Positions 26,871-38,757 of a stretch of 64,000 bases of DNA are shown piece by piece. Location: contig NC_058368.1 in NCBI RefSeq assembly GCF_018350175.1, positions 237,028,001-237,092,000 of the forward strand, read 5' to 3'. Source of the DNA: Felis catus (Eukaryota). Below the pieces are notes generated by a model. The model had not been told where the DNA came from, searched no databases, and was given only the letters and a program-made list of their open reading frames with translations. The position numbers and the translations under genes were made by a program. Each line of letters starts with the position of its first letter. Positions within the stretch are counted from its first letter, which is position 1.

Positions 26871-28654
26871 CCTCCGGCGTGCTGAGGCCCAGCCTCCACC
26901 GCCCAGGGGGACGGGATGAGAGTCCACAGGATTCAGGTTTCTCAGCGGAGGGAGTGGAGCCCCCCTCCCCCGACCGAGCATACCTGTCTCTGCAGAGCAG
27001 CCCGGCCAGGGCCACACGCGCACGGCCGGCCGGCTGGGGCCTGTGGGTTGGGAACAGAGGCCACAGGAGGTGAGGCCCATCCCAGGAGCGAGCATGGTGT
27101 TGAGAGTCACGGCGCCCACGAGCCCCGTGGGAGAAGGGTCCCCCCGCTGCACTGTGATGTGTACAACCTTCACAACCGCTTGCGAGAGGACACAAAGGAG
27201 CCACGGGAGCACGCAGCCGTCTGTCTGGGACGCCCAGCATCTGGACAGAAGGGGCGCCGTGCCGGGCACTGGCTCCTGCCCCAGAGGAACCGCTCTTGAG
27301 ACACTCGGGACTGCCTTTCGTGAGTCGCTGTCCCTGGAGTGTCGTGTGAGAGCTTCTTGTTCATGTCCCGCCAGTCTCGCCCTCCATAAACGCGGGGTTT
27401 CGCCAAATGCGAGCGCACACCACAGGGACACATAAGGAAGAAACAGACAACTGTAGAGTGTGCTTCCGTAACCTCTCCGTCTCCCGTCTGGCGGGACCAT
27501 GACTCCGAGGGCGTGGCTGGAGCCGCTGTGTCCCCCTTCTGACGTCCTGGAATCCAGGCCCAGGTTGTGCCACCCGTGGAGCCAGGAAGGCACAGACGGG
27601 CCCCCGCCGCGTGCCATCCGCCGAACTTGGACACCGTGCCCCGGGTTCCCTGTCGGGCACGACTCGCGGACCAGGCACCTCATTCCTGCGGACTCTGTGC
27701 CTCCCTCAGCAGACACCCCTCGCCCTTGGGACACACTTGCCGAACAAGAGAGGAAAAATCGTGACACGGGACAACTGCTTGTCACCTAGCCTCTGGGCTG
27801 CTGGTGAAGAGTTTAGATCGCAAAGCGCACCTTCCTGATTGTGACGACGATCTTCAAAGTGCACAGGTCCGCACGGGGTGGGTGTCTCGCGGGGGATCAG
27901 CCTGCCGAGCCGTGGTGCCCGTGGCTTCTCGGCAAGAAGTGCCCCCCCACCCCTGACCCGGGCTCCCGAAGTGACCTCACACGACGCTCGCCAGGATTTC
28001 TAAAATGAAGGGCAAGGCAGAGAGAGCTTTATAGGCATCTTGACAGAAGTGACCCGATGTTTGATCTCCACGTAAACACTGAGCACGAGCTACATAGGCT
28101 TCCAGCAAACCTGGCGGGAGGTTCTCTTAAGACTCGTGATCAGAGATGTCAGTGTGACCCACAGCGGGTTCCCACGGGTCCAGAGCCTACCCCTGGGACG
28201 TTGAGGGACACAGTGCAGCCACGGAGCCACGGTGGACACGGGTGCCACGCCTCAGACGTACAAGGACCTGTTCTGTTCTGGGCCGGGCAGGACCACCCCC
28301 CTCATCTGTGACCACTGCAAACCGTCCCTCCGGCCGTTTGCAGACACAGACCTCCGGGTTGTGCTTTGATTACTCTAACGAATGCTCCAATTTGCACAAT
28401 ATCATAACTCAAACCCATGTGGACATTGGCTCATTCCTCACAAAGAAAATTAATGGCAAACAGGCCTGGTGACCGGGCTCGTGCACGATTGAGGAATGAT
28501 TTCATGGAGAAGCATGGCCCGGCTTTGTGTTCGCAGCACAGGAAAGGAATTTATTTGCAAATTCTGCCATAAATGCTCTTTAAAATAATGTCAAGTGGCC
28601 TGGTGCTCATTCAAAATGAATTTACTCCAACTAGAAAACTGCCAGGGGCTGAGA

Positions 28655-28656
<2 letters not shown>

Positions 28657-28689
<33 letters not shown>
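28657..28689. repeat. (AC)16 microsatellite
   Basis: Perfect dinucleotide run. Confidence 0.97.
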
Positions 28690-28693
<4 letters not shown>

Positions 28694-30959
28694 TGCTCTT
28701 GGGAAAAGAGACATTCACGCACTCATGGCCAATATATGGACAGGATTTGGTGGTGGTGGTGTGTGTGGGGGGGTACATCTTTTGCAAAGAGCACAAAAAA
28801 ACAAGATTCTAAAAGTAAGGTCCATGAGAAAATCGCCTGGAGTTCTGCAAGAAAAGTCGCCAACTTTGGGAAGAGCCAGCCCTATCTGGAGCTTTGCTGT
28901 GATGGTAGTTGGACGTGAGGGTGAGTCAGAAGGGGCCAGGTGCGGGCAAGCCGGTGGATCGGTGAGGAAACCTATCCGTTTCCCCCGGTTGTTGACACGA
29001 CCTCCCTAAACAAAAATGCAGAATTGTCACATTACTTGGTTCTCCTCCCAGATCTGCTGCAGTGGGTCCCGGACCGGGGAGCAGGGCCGCCGGGGCCCTG
29101 GGGACGGGGGGCTGTGGGCCGCGAAGAGAGGGGTGGGCTCCCGGGGCACCGGGGAGGAGCGCGGCTCGGCCCCGTCCGCCTGTTCCGGAAGGTGTCTGCC
29201 TGTGGTGAGTGAGCACATTGTTGCAGGCCAACGGACTCGTTAGCTGTTTTCCTTTCCCGAATTAAAAAATTGAATTATACACTCAGCCTAGTTACCGAGC
29301 CTGTAAAGTTTATTAAAGTTTATCGACCGTGTGTACACACGTCAGGATTTAGCCTCAAACGCCGCTCTCAAGCTGGAACATTGAATTAAGAGGCAGCGCC
29401 TTGCCGCGGCCCGGTGGACTCCAGCCGGGCTACAGGTAGCAGAAGTCTCCCCCAATTAGACACAATCATCACTCACAGTCAATAATTGTGCTAAAGGCTG
29501 CTTTCAAATCTGTGAGGGGTTCGCATTTAATGTACTGATTCAGCTTGTCTGAGCCAAATTCGCTGTGTACTAAAACCAAAGCAATTCAGTTCTTGCCTAC
29601 GGCCTTTCTGGCAGTTCATCCGGCGCGAGCTCGGGGAGGATTGCAAAGGTACAATTTAATCTGAGACATCTGTGCACAGACAGGACCTTCTCCTTCACCG
29701 AGAGAGACGGGCGATGGCTAAGCTCTAGTTTTACGCAAAGAACCAGGCCTTATCTCGCCCCTGAAAACGCAAGCATTCAAGATAGAGTAAAAAGCCAAAT
29801 CAAAAAAATTTTTTTCCTTGGGTTTCTGAAATGCACACTGCAGCTACTAATAGCTTTCCTGCTCCGACCGGCAGAAAACACTTGAGCCGTGATCCCGGGA
29901 TTAACCATTTAAGGATATTACGCTTATCACTGGCTGCAGCTGACAGAGATCTTTATTAAATATGAAAGGGAAGTGGCTCCCTCTTTGTGAGTTTGCAGAA
30001 ATATTGAAATGCCTTTATGCACGTCTCCTGCCTTGTGGTGGTCCCGGAGGACGGCTGTTTATCGCCCGTCTCACGCCTCTTCCAGTGGGCGAGCCCTTCC
30101 CAGCGTCTCAAGACAAGACGCTCCTCCGTTCGTCTCGCAACAGCGTCCGCGGCATTTTGAGGCCGTCCAGGAAGCCGCGTGCGGATCGGCTCACCTGCCA
30201 GCCGTTAAAATGACAAGCCGGTTGGTCACCGCGGTCTGTGACTAAACTCGCGGTTACTTTAAGAGGCCCTGTTGTTGAAGTCCGACGCCCGATAGTGCAC
30301 ACAGCGCGGTCCGTTTTCTTTTGTTTCGGTTTTTCAGGAGGGATGTGGTCACGCAGATACTTATCACATGCACCCACCGCGGCAGAATTGGGGTGGCTTT
30401 GGAATTTCGTCCACTGTTTTTATAAAAGGGAATGTGGGCGGATTTTGCAGACACATCTAGGTTATCCTCGAACTGAGAAGTCTGTGGGACGAAAGCAAAC
30501 AGCACAGCGGCTCCGGAGACAAGCCCCCCGCCCGACCTGGCCCTGGCGAGGGCATCTAGCTGGAGGAGCTCTGGGCAGGGTCCAGGGGGGGACGCCAAGG
30601 AAGGATAGGGAAGGCCAGGTGCTGAGGCTCTCGGTTTCTGGAGTCCAGTCTTCGAAAGATGTGTCTGTTTTCTGGTCCACGGGATCCAGGGCTGGGCCCC
30701 ACTGATGATTCACATCGGGCATATTTGTGCTTCGGGGATGAACCAGAGACGAGTCCCCTGGTGGCATCGTGGGAGCCACCTTTCGTGCGGGAACCTGGCG
30801 AGGGCAGGGTGTGGTGTCCTGTGGGCCCCAGGGAAGCAGGGGGCAGAGGGGCACCTGGGTGTTCCAGCACAAAGGGAGGTGTGGTGATGGGTCCAGCCTC
30901 TGAGGGCGCAACCCCACCATCTCCCGCGGTAGAAATTACACCGCTGACCCCATCCTGAC

Positions 30960-31120
30960 GTGCCACAGCGGCTCTCAAGCCTCGCCTCACCGGGTTTTCC
31001 TGACCACCCTGTAAGGAGTGGTCATCGTTACCCCCAGTCCGCAGCCCGGCAAACTGGGGCTTAGACAGGTAAGGTGACATCGTCCAGGGGATAACAGGGG
31101 GCGGGACTAAATTTGCAGCG
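30960..31120 (-). mobile_element. MIR fragment, strongly diverged
   Basis: CCACCCTGTAAGGAGTGGTCATCGTTACCCCCAGTCCGCAGCCCGGCAAACTGGGGCTTAGACAGGTAAGGTGAC follows the layout of the reverse-complement MIR core. Confidence 0.6.
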
Positions 31121-31334
31121 GGGACCTCGATGCGCGGTGGGGTGGGAGGGAACAGAGTGGCTTCGGGGGCACCGGGTCCTTTCACGAATGAGCCGGGTGA
31201 AAATACCGAAACAGGGCAACAGTGACCCTCAGCCTCATGGCCGATGTCCAGTCCCTGGTGCAGTGAGATCCAAGTTAACATGTGGAAACACATCCACCCC
31301 GGGCAGCACGGGCCCACTACCCCCGGGACTCTGC

Positions 31335-31675
31335 CCACACAACACACAAAACAGGTGACACCCAACACCCCACACCCAGACACAGCCACAGCCACGCCCA
31401 CACACACTACGCACACACACGTGCACATAAATACACGTGCACACGGCACATCAAGCATTGCTCACACGCGGACATACATATGCGTGCAAACACCACGCAT
31501 AGAGACATGTGTGCATATACACAACACACACTGCTTGCACACGCACACACACACGTGCACCGCCCAGAGACGTGCATGCACACACATGCACACACAACAC
31601 ACATGCATGCACACACACGTGCGCACAGAGACATGCATGCACACACACACAGCACACCCTGTGTGCACATACACC
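31335..31675. repeat. CA-rich low-complexity array
   Basis: Interrupted CACA/TGCA/CACG runs; source of the His/Thr-rich ORFs here. Confidence 0.93.
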
Positions 31676-34600
31676 GTTCACGGTCTCATGGCCCCTCCAG
31701 CCCGCAGCCCGCCTCCTTCCACAAATCCTGGTTCTGGTCCCCGAGAAGGAGCTGCTTTGTGCTCGTTTTCCTCCAGGGCACGAGGAGCCTCGCTGTCCCT
31801 TCCCACTGCTCCCCCAAATCCCCTGCTCCCGCGCCCCTGCCGCGCCACATGGGAATCCAGGGGAAGCCCGAGGCAGACAGTCCTTCGTCTGAGCTCACCC
31901 ATGCTCCCGGCTCGTGTCCCGATGGACCCGCCGTTCTCCCGGGATCGCCACGCCTCGCGAGAATCACGAGTGTGCACGGCGGGTCTGAAGTTCGCAGGAA
32001 ATGTGGTTTACCCTTAGCAAATCACGGCCCCGTCACTTACGGCTTTTCTGGCCTACTAATTTTTATTGCAGGGCTCATTTTGGTCTTTAGTTGCTCATTT
32101 TGAGACCCTGTGACAGCGATTGCAAGGTGGTGCATGGACAGGATCACTGCAACTTCATTATTAACTTCATTTCTCTTAATATGGGCTTATTAATAGAGCA
32201 ATCACGTACAATCCTCAGACAATTTACTGAGCGGTTAACGACCAGCTGGGGAAGCTCCCTCCTCCAGAGTAAAGCTAGTGGGCCTGAACGTTTTGCCCGG
32301 TCCGAGATCTGAGACAGTCCGTGCAGCCGAACGTTGTGCACAAAAGGTACACGGCATGATCCACAACTGGGTCTCTCTCCTCATACTTCCTACATCTGCG
32401 ACCTATGAAATCACGTGCAGTAAAACGAGATAGAAGCAGACTTATGGTGAATCCCGAAAACATGTTATTATGTCTGCTTCCCATGATCATCCCTGTAAGC
32501 CCTGAAATCAGCCCTACAAGAGATAATGTTTTTTCTAAACACGTGAAAGAGAAACGCGGGGTCAAGAGTATATGCACGTATACGTGCACGTACTCACGCA
32601 GATGTGTGTAGATATGTACAAGCCCCGTCATTTATTGCGTGCTCGGCCTCGGTGGAGACCCAAAGATGTGGGCAGATCCGTGTGTGCGGGCAGGTGACAG
32701 CGGCTCACGCGTCTGGGCGGAAAGCGTTCAGAGGTCGGCGTTGACGTCAAGGAAAGCTACCTGCAAATGGGTATTTAAAAAGAAAAAAAAGAAAGGAAAA
32801 AAAAAGAACAACCCTTGGTGCAGAGAAACAGCCCCGCCCACATGCCCCGCCCGCTCATTTGACTCTTGCAAAGATGCCTCTGATGGGACAGAGCCAAGAT
32901 GGCACTCAGGACACCAGATAGCATATGTTAAATCTCATAAGACCTACGACAGGGCAGCATTTCCTGCCGGGTGCTCAGCCTCTAGGAGGAAATCTAGCTT
33001 CCTTGTGCCCTTTGTGAGGTGGCCAGGGGATGTTTCTCCTCACAAAGATAAAGCTTGGGCCGGTGGCACCGGGCTGTGCTCCGTCTCCAGGAGTGTTCTC
33101 TGCCGGGACAAGAATTCCGGATTCCGCCCACCAGGCTGAAGGCCGGCCTGCCACCGAGACCAGGGCCACTCCGCTGGCTCTTCCGGATGCCTCGGAAAGG
33201 CTCAGGGGTCCCGGTCCCCGGGCAGCCGCCTCGTCTCGGGGACTCCTGCAAGGTTGCACGGACTAGTAAGGAAGCAGCTCCGGGTGCTCGCTCCGGATGC
33301 GAGAATCAGCCAGGAGAAGTCAGCTCCTGCCTCCTCATCGGGGAAAGATGCAACACCGAACTCCTCAAAAATGAGTTCCTTTCCTCCATTGCTGTCCCAA
33401 AAGACTGAAGTTCAGGTTCAGAAGACGGTGCTGCAGAAACCCAGCCCTCTCGTGGCGCAGCTGAAGACAAAGCAGCCCACCGCCTTGAACTTCTGGCTCT
33501 GTCACCCAGGCAGAGCATGTGGAACCAGAATCGAAGACAAACATACCAGGGTCTGGTTCCCAGTTTTCAATAATAGCCTGCTTCTTACACGGCTCTTGTC
33601 TTCACAGAAGACTTGTTAGGCCCACCGTCTACTCTGGAGACAAGAAGCAGCGAGCACTTGGAGGCCGGCTGTGCCTCGGTGGTACCCCTTCAAGCCCTGG
33701 CCTATGTCTCCCCTCGGCCAGAGGGCAGGCCAGCCTGTGGTCCTCAAAATGTGCGACGTTCTCTGCTGGCAAGTACTTCCTACTCAGGAAGAACAAGAAA
33801 GAAACCTCCATCCCCCCCCCCCCCCGCCCCCAAAAGAAAAGATTTCCACTCGTCCACTCTCATGAGCTGGAAGTTCCAAAGTAACACACGTAGGACAGGT
33901 ATGTGTGATGAACTGAGTAGAATAAATGCATTAATTCATAGACAGGTGGACGGATGCAATCGATGCTGTTGGGCCCCCCGCGACGCTCTCTCCAACTTGG
34001 GAAAATTCGAGCGATGCAATGGAAAACGCGGTGCGCGTGCAGCCTGGGTGACGATGGTCTGCGTAAGGGCAGGATGAGCTAATGTGTGATTCCTCGGGGG
34101 CTCCAGGAGGTTAAACAGGCGTTTGACGGGTGTTTCCCACGGTGACGTGGGGCTCCTGCTGACCGGCCTGCAGGGGTCGGTTTTATCAAAACAGCAAATA
34201 TCACGTGAGCTTTATCTCCCTGCTTCTTGACTCGACTCTATCTGGGCGATTAATTTCTTTATTAAACGTTTTCTTCACTTTTCATATGGGAGCCCTCCTG
34301 TGGCGAGAATGTTCCCTGGAAGATGGCAGGCGTGTGGACCACACACTCGGCCTGCTTTGCTGCTTCGGGCAGGAGACCTTGAAATTTCTTTGGATTTCTT
34401 CGGGTAAATTCCTTGAGAGATTCTTTTTTCTTCCCTCAGCATCACGAGATAATTACTATTTGGCGATCGTGTCTAATTGCACTTAAACTTGCTGACATTC
34501 TAGAAGTATCTCCCATACAGTGGAGGAGAGGCAACACACTCCTGTCCAGGGATCTGGACGTGGCCATGATGTGTGGCACCCTGTCTAGCTTCCTATGAAG

Positions 34601-36502
34601 GGAAACTGTACTTCACTTTTACAGAATAAACTATTACCCTCCATGGGGTAAATTTCAGCTTCAGGGGTCAAAGTTACCTGCCTCGCTGGAAAGTGGGTGA
34701 AAATAAAACTCATTTGAAATCTGCCTTATTTCGAAAGGCACCCTTGTGGCACCACACACACACACACACACACGTAATAAGTATTCTTTATTTTTCTTTC
34801 TTTTCCTTTTTTTTTTTTTTTTTTTGCTTCAGGACAGTTGTGTTATTGAAAACAGTCATGTCAACAGTAAAATACCACTGCTATTTTTTTTTTTACTGGA
34901 AAAAATGCATGTGTTAAATGCTGTCCTAATATTTCTCATCTCATTTTTATGGTTGGTTACTCAACTTGTTTTTGCGGATAAAAGATGATAGCACGCGGGC
35001 AAGAATGTCATACAGCATGTGACTGCTGATTTGGAGGGTTAAGGGAATTTCTCCACAGTAGATAGACGGCATCTCTGGCCTGGTTAACACAAGATGCTTT
35101 GGACAGCAGGGGTTTGAACCGGTTGATGGAAAAAGGAAAGGAGACAGTGAGGGAGGCACGGCCATGGCAAAACCGGGCTCATAGCCTAGGAAGCCCCTAA
35201 AGACAGAAAACCAGGCTCACTGACACACTCAGGAAGGAAAGCGTTTTAATTCCGTAAAAGCGTGTGGGTATTTTATTTAAGATCCTCCGCTGCTATGAGA
35301 CACGGGAAAGCGCCATCCAAATGAATTCTGTCCGAATGGTGACACCCATTCATGTTTATGAAGTGATTAAGTGCAGCTTTTGCAACCCAGGAAAGAAAAT
35401 GAGTAGCCGGAGGAAGAGCGGGTCAGAGGAGAAAAGGTCTTCGCTCAGCGGCCCGGTGGACAGCCGGCCGCAGTCCCACTGCGGGGTCAGAAATACCGGC
35501 GTGCAGATGTCCAGCCTTATCCCGGGCTGTGCCACCGGCTGCACTGGGGCGCGCGGCTCATTTCCACCATGCCCGTATCGGCACCCGTGCCACTGCCCAG
35601 CCTGAGAGCCGGGAGCACCGACCTTTGGGTTAACGATAATTGGAGCCTCCTCTAATTAGGGAAAGTATCAGCTGACTCTAATAGGCAGCAAGATCATTAT
35701 CATTAGGTCAGCGCTAACTAATTGATGTTTGTGTGGAAGAGAATTTGGGATTACAATACATTCAGTTTAGCAAAACAAACTAGGCTGACCTGGGAAACCG
35801 CATTGCATCATTTGGGGCGTTGCTACATGTAAATATCAAGGCTTATCTACAGGGCTTTTGTGGTTTAAGAACCAGCTCTATAATGAGAGCTGGGATTTTG
35901 TAAATTCAACCTCTTGCATCTGTCATTAGGTAATACTAGATGTGGAACCAGATCTGAGATACTGTACCAGCCCACCCTACGTAAAATGTGAGTTTTCAGA
36001 AAGCTCTCCGGGACGATCAGGCAATTAAGCTCGTGTTTTGTTGTGTTTCTTCGGCACATTTTTTTTCGTGGAAGGTAGCTATGTAATCACTCTTTCACAT
36101 CTGAAATTGTCAGATCAAAATTACTAACCATGCTTTCTCACTGTAGGTCAAATTTCCAGCTTGCCATTTACCAGAGTTTGGATGTCAGTTGAGTCTTTTT
36201 TATTGACATTTGATGTGGAAAACTGTAGATTTGTGAAGAGGAAACAAAAGAAAAAAGTAACCTACGCCAGAACCCAAAGGGAAGAGAGCTGTGGCAAATG
36301 GGGACATTTATCGCTTTGGTAGTGACAACCATTGGGGCAGTTACAAAAAGAAAGTCCTGATATTTAGTTGTATAATTTTAAGAGGACAGTTTTTCCCTAG
36401 GTAGTCAGCATGCAGTGTTGGCTTTCTTGCTCTCCTATCTATATACAGTTCATTCCATCCCCAAGACACTTGGAAACGTTATGCTGTATTTTAATAAGCT
36501 GT

Positions 36503-36830
36503 TGATTCAGTAAGTATTTACTGGGAACATATTGTGGAAGGGTACGCAGAAACACAAGGTGAAGCGGGAGAGTCAGACACTGAAGGGTCCTCACAGAACC
36601 TGAGCCTCAAAATGACAGATACGACACTAATCACACGAATGGGAACGGTACAATGGATATTAGGGTCCAGGAAATTCTGGATCCAGTGGGCCACAAGGAA
36701 TGAGAGCATCTATGCTCATGGAGAAGGTAGGGGGAGGTCTCCCTGAAGAGGGGATATCTGAACTAAGATCTCAAGTGGTAGGGAGACAGAGAAAGAGGGT
36801 CAACGGCCAACGTGAAGTGAGGCGGGTGCT
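36503..36830 (-). mobile_element. L2 3' fragment
   Basis: ATTCAGTAAGTATTTACTGGGAACATATTGTG...GGAGGTCTCCCTGAAGAGGGGATATCTGAACTAAGATCTC resembles the reverse-complement L2 3' end. Confidence 0.65.
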
Positions 36831-37257
36831 CTGGGCTGAGTCTCAATTCACACGCCCATCGCCCATCTCTCCCCCATGCTTCAAGATTGAAAAATCCTGC
36901 TTTTCCTTGACCCCTCCACCAGAAGCTCAAAAGCTAGCGTGTACAAAAGACATCACTCAAGTTCTGTTTCCACAGGAGCCCCTACCAGCCCACTGATGGC
37001 TAAAGCAGCGACACGTCCCTCTTTCGGTCTTGTCCCCAGTCCCACCCATCAGCAAGCTCCTAGGTTCCTCCTCCAGTGGTGTCACACGCCATCTTTGCTT
37101 CTCTGTGCTTCTTGCTGCCCACAGCCTGTCACCCCTCGCCTGGGCAGCTACGCGTACGTCCTCGTTGGTCTCCATCGTGCCACCCCAGAGCAGCCAGAGT
37201 CCTCTTTTCAAAATGTCCGTCAGCTCGGGTGGTGTCCCTGATTATAATGTCTCATAG

Positions 37258-38283
37258 GCCACAACACACTCAGGAGAATGGCCAAAATCCAAAATACTGA
37301 TGGCACCAGATGCTGGAGAGGATGTGGATCAACAGGATGGCTCCTTCGTTGCTGGTGGAAATGCGACCACTCTGAAGACAGCTCGCTCCATAAGAACGGA
37401 ACTAAGTATACTCTTACCGTACAATCTAGAAATCGTGTTCTCGTTATTTACCCAAAGGAGCTGAAAATTTAGGACCACGCTAAAACCTCTACGTCAATGT
37501 TGAGAGCACCTTCACCTCTGAAGGATGAGGTGCCCTGTGGTAGGCGAACGGACGAACTATGGCGGCCCACACAATGGAGTGATGTTCATGGTGGAAGACA
37601 GAGAGGGCCTCTGATGCTACAAAAAGCCGTGGAGAAAATCTAAACGAAAATCCCTGAGTGAAGCCAGTATGAAAAGGCCCCACACTGTATGATTCCAACT
37701 CTACGACGTTCTGGAAAAGACCAAACAGTAAGATGAGCAGTGGTTTCAGGGGTTAGGGGCAGGGGAGGAGGAACAGGTAGAGCACAGAGGACTCGTAGAG
37801 CAGGGAAGCCACTCGGTGTGACACTGTAAAGACTGAGACATGTCATACTTGTCCAGAATGTTCAACACAGAATGAACCCCAGGGTAAGCTGCAGACTTTG
37901 GTTAACAGTAACGTATGAATATTGGTTCACCAGCTGTAATAAATGCGCTCACTGAGATGTTAATAGTAGGGATAACCCTTGAGTGTGTGCATGCCTGTGT
38001 GGGCGTGCACATGTGTGCATGTCTGTGTGTGTGATATGTGTGTGCGTGTGTCTCTGTGTACATGTGTGTGCATGGGCGTGTGTGTTTACATGTGTCTGTG
38101 TGCGTGTGCATGTATGTGTCTGTGTGTGCATGTGCATGCATGTATGCACGTGTGTGCCTGTATGTGAGTGGGTGTGGGTACATGTGCGTGCACGTGAGGG
38201 GTGAGGGAGTGTAGGAGAGCTGTGTGTACTTGGCACTCCCTCTTTCGACAACCTGAAACTGCTCTAGAAAACAGTTCATTGAA
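37258..38283 (+). mobile_element. L1MC-like L1 3' fragment (end of ORF2 plus 3' UTR)
   Basis: AGAATGGCCAAAATCCAAAATACTGA...ATGCTGGAGAGGATGTGGA...ATTTACCCAAAGGAGCTGAAAA...CTGTATGATTCCAACT...ATATTGGTTCACCAGCTGTAATAAATG...ACCTGAAACTGCTCTAGAAAA. Confidence 0.88.
37983..38195. repeat. TG-rich low-complexity array inside the L1MC 3' UTR
   Basis: Interrupted TGTG/TGCA runs with L1-like sequence on both sides. Confidence 0.92.
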
Positions 38284-38458
38284 GGGAAAATGCCCCAGAG
38301 GCTTTCTGTCGAGCCCAGGGTGAAATGCTAAGCCCTCGCCATGATCACCAGTCATTCCGGTGACCCCCTGAACCCCAGGGCCCCGGTCCCAGCTGCAGTG
38401 ACTGACTTACCCCTCACCGGAGGCCTCCACCAGGCCCACCTTCTCCCAGCTCCTCGAA

Positions 38459-38757
38459 TGGTGGACTCCACTGTGGACTCCTCGTTTGTGTGCTACAACC
38501 TGACCCCAGCGTGGTGGCATGTGGAGATGGGGGTCTTTGGAAGGGATTAGTTGATGAGCGTGGAAGCCTCAGCAAGGGGGACAGGAGACAGTTGCTTTTC
38601 TCTCTAACTTTCTGCTACCGGAAGAGACCTTGGCAGAACTGGGCCCTGCCGACGGGCTGATCGGGGAGGTCCAGGCTCCAGACTGTGACAAATAGGGTCT
38701 ATTGTTTACGCCGTCTGTCTGGGCTGTTTTGTTAAAGCAGCCGAACGGGCTAAGACT
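38459..38757 (+). mobile_element. MLT1A-like MaLR LTR, diverged and internally shortened
   Basis: GGAGATGGGGGTCTTTGGAAGGGATTAG...GGCTCCAGACTGTGACAAATAGGGTCTATTGTTTACGCC...TTTTGTTAAAGCAGCCGAACGGGCTAAGAC. Confidence 0.75.

Noticed and set aside
26805..27785. 326 aa minus-strand ORF
   Set aside because: GC-rich chance ORF ending in a MIR core, with overlapping ORFs in other frames.
30556..32103. ORFs of 257-300 aa on both strands
   Set aside because: They run through the CA-rich array and a MIR remnant; low-complexity artefacts.
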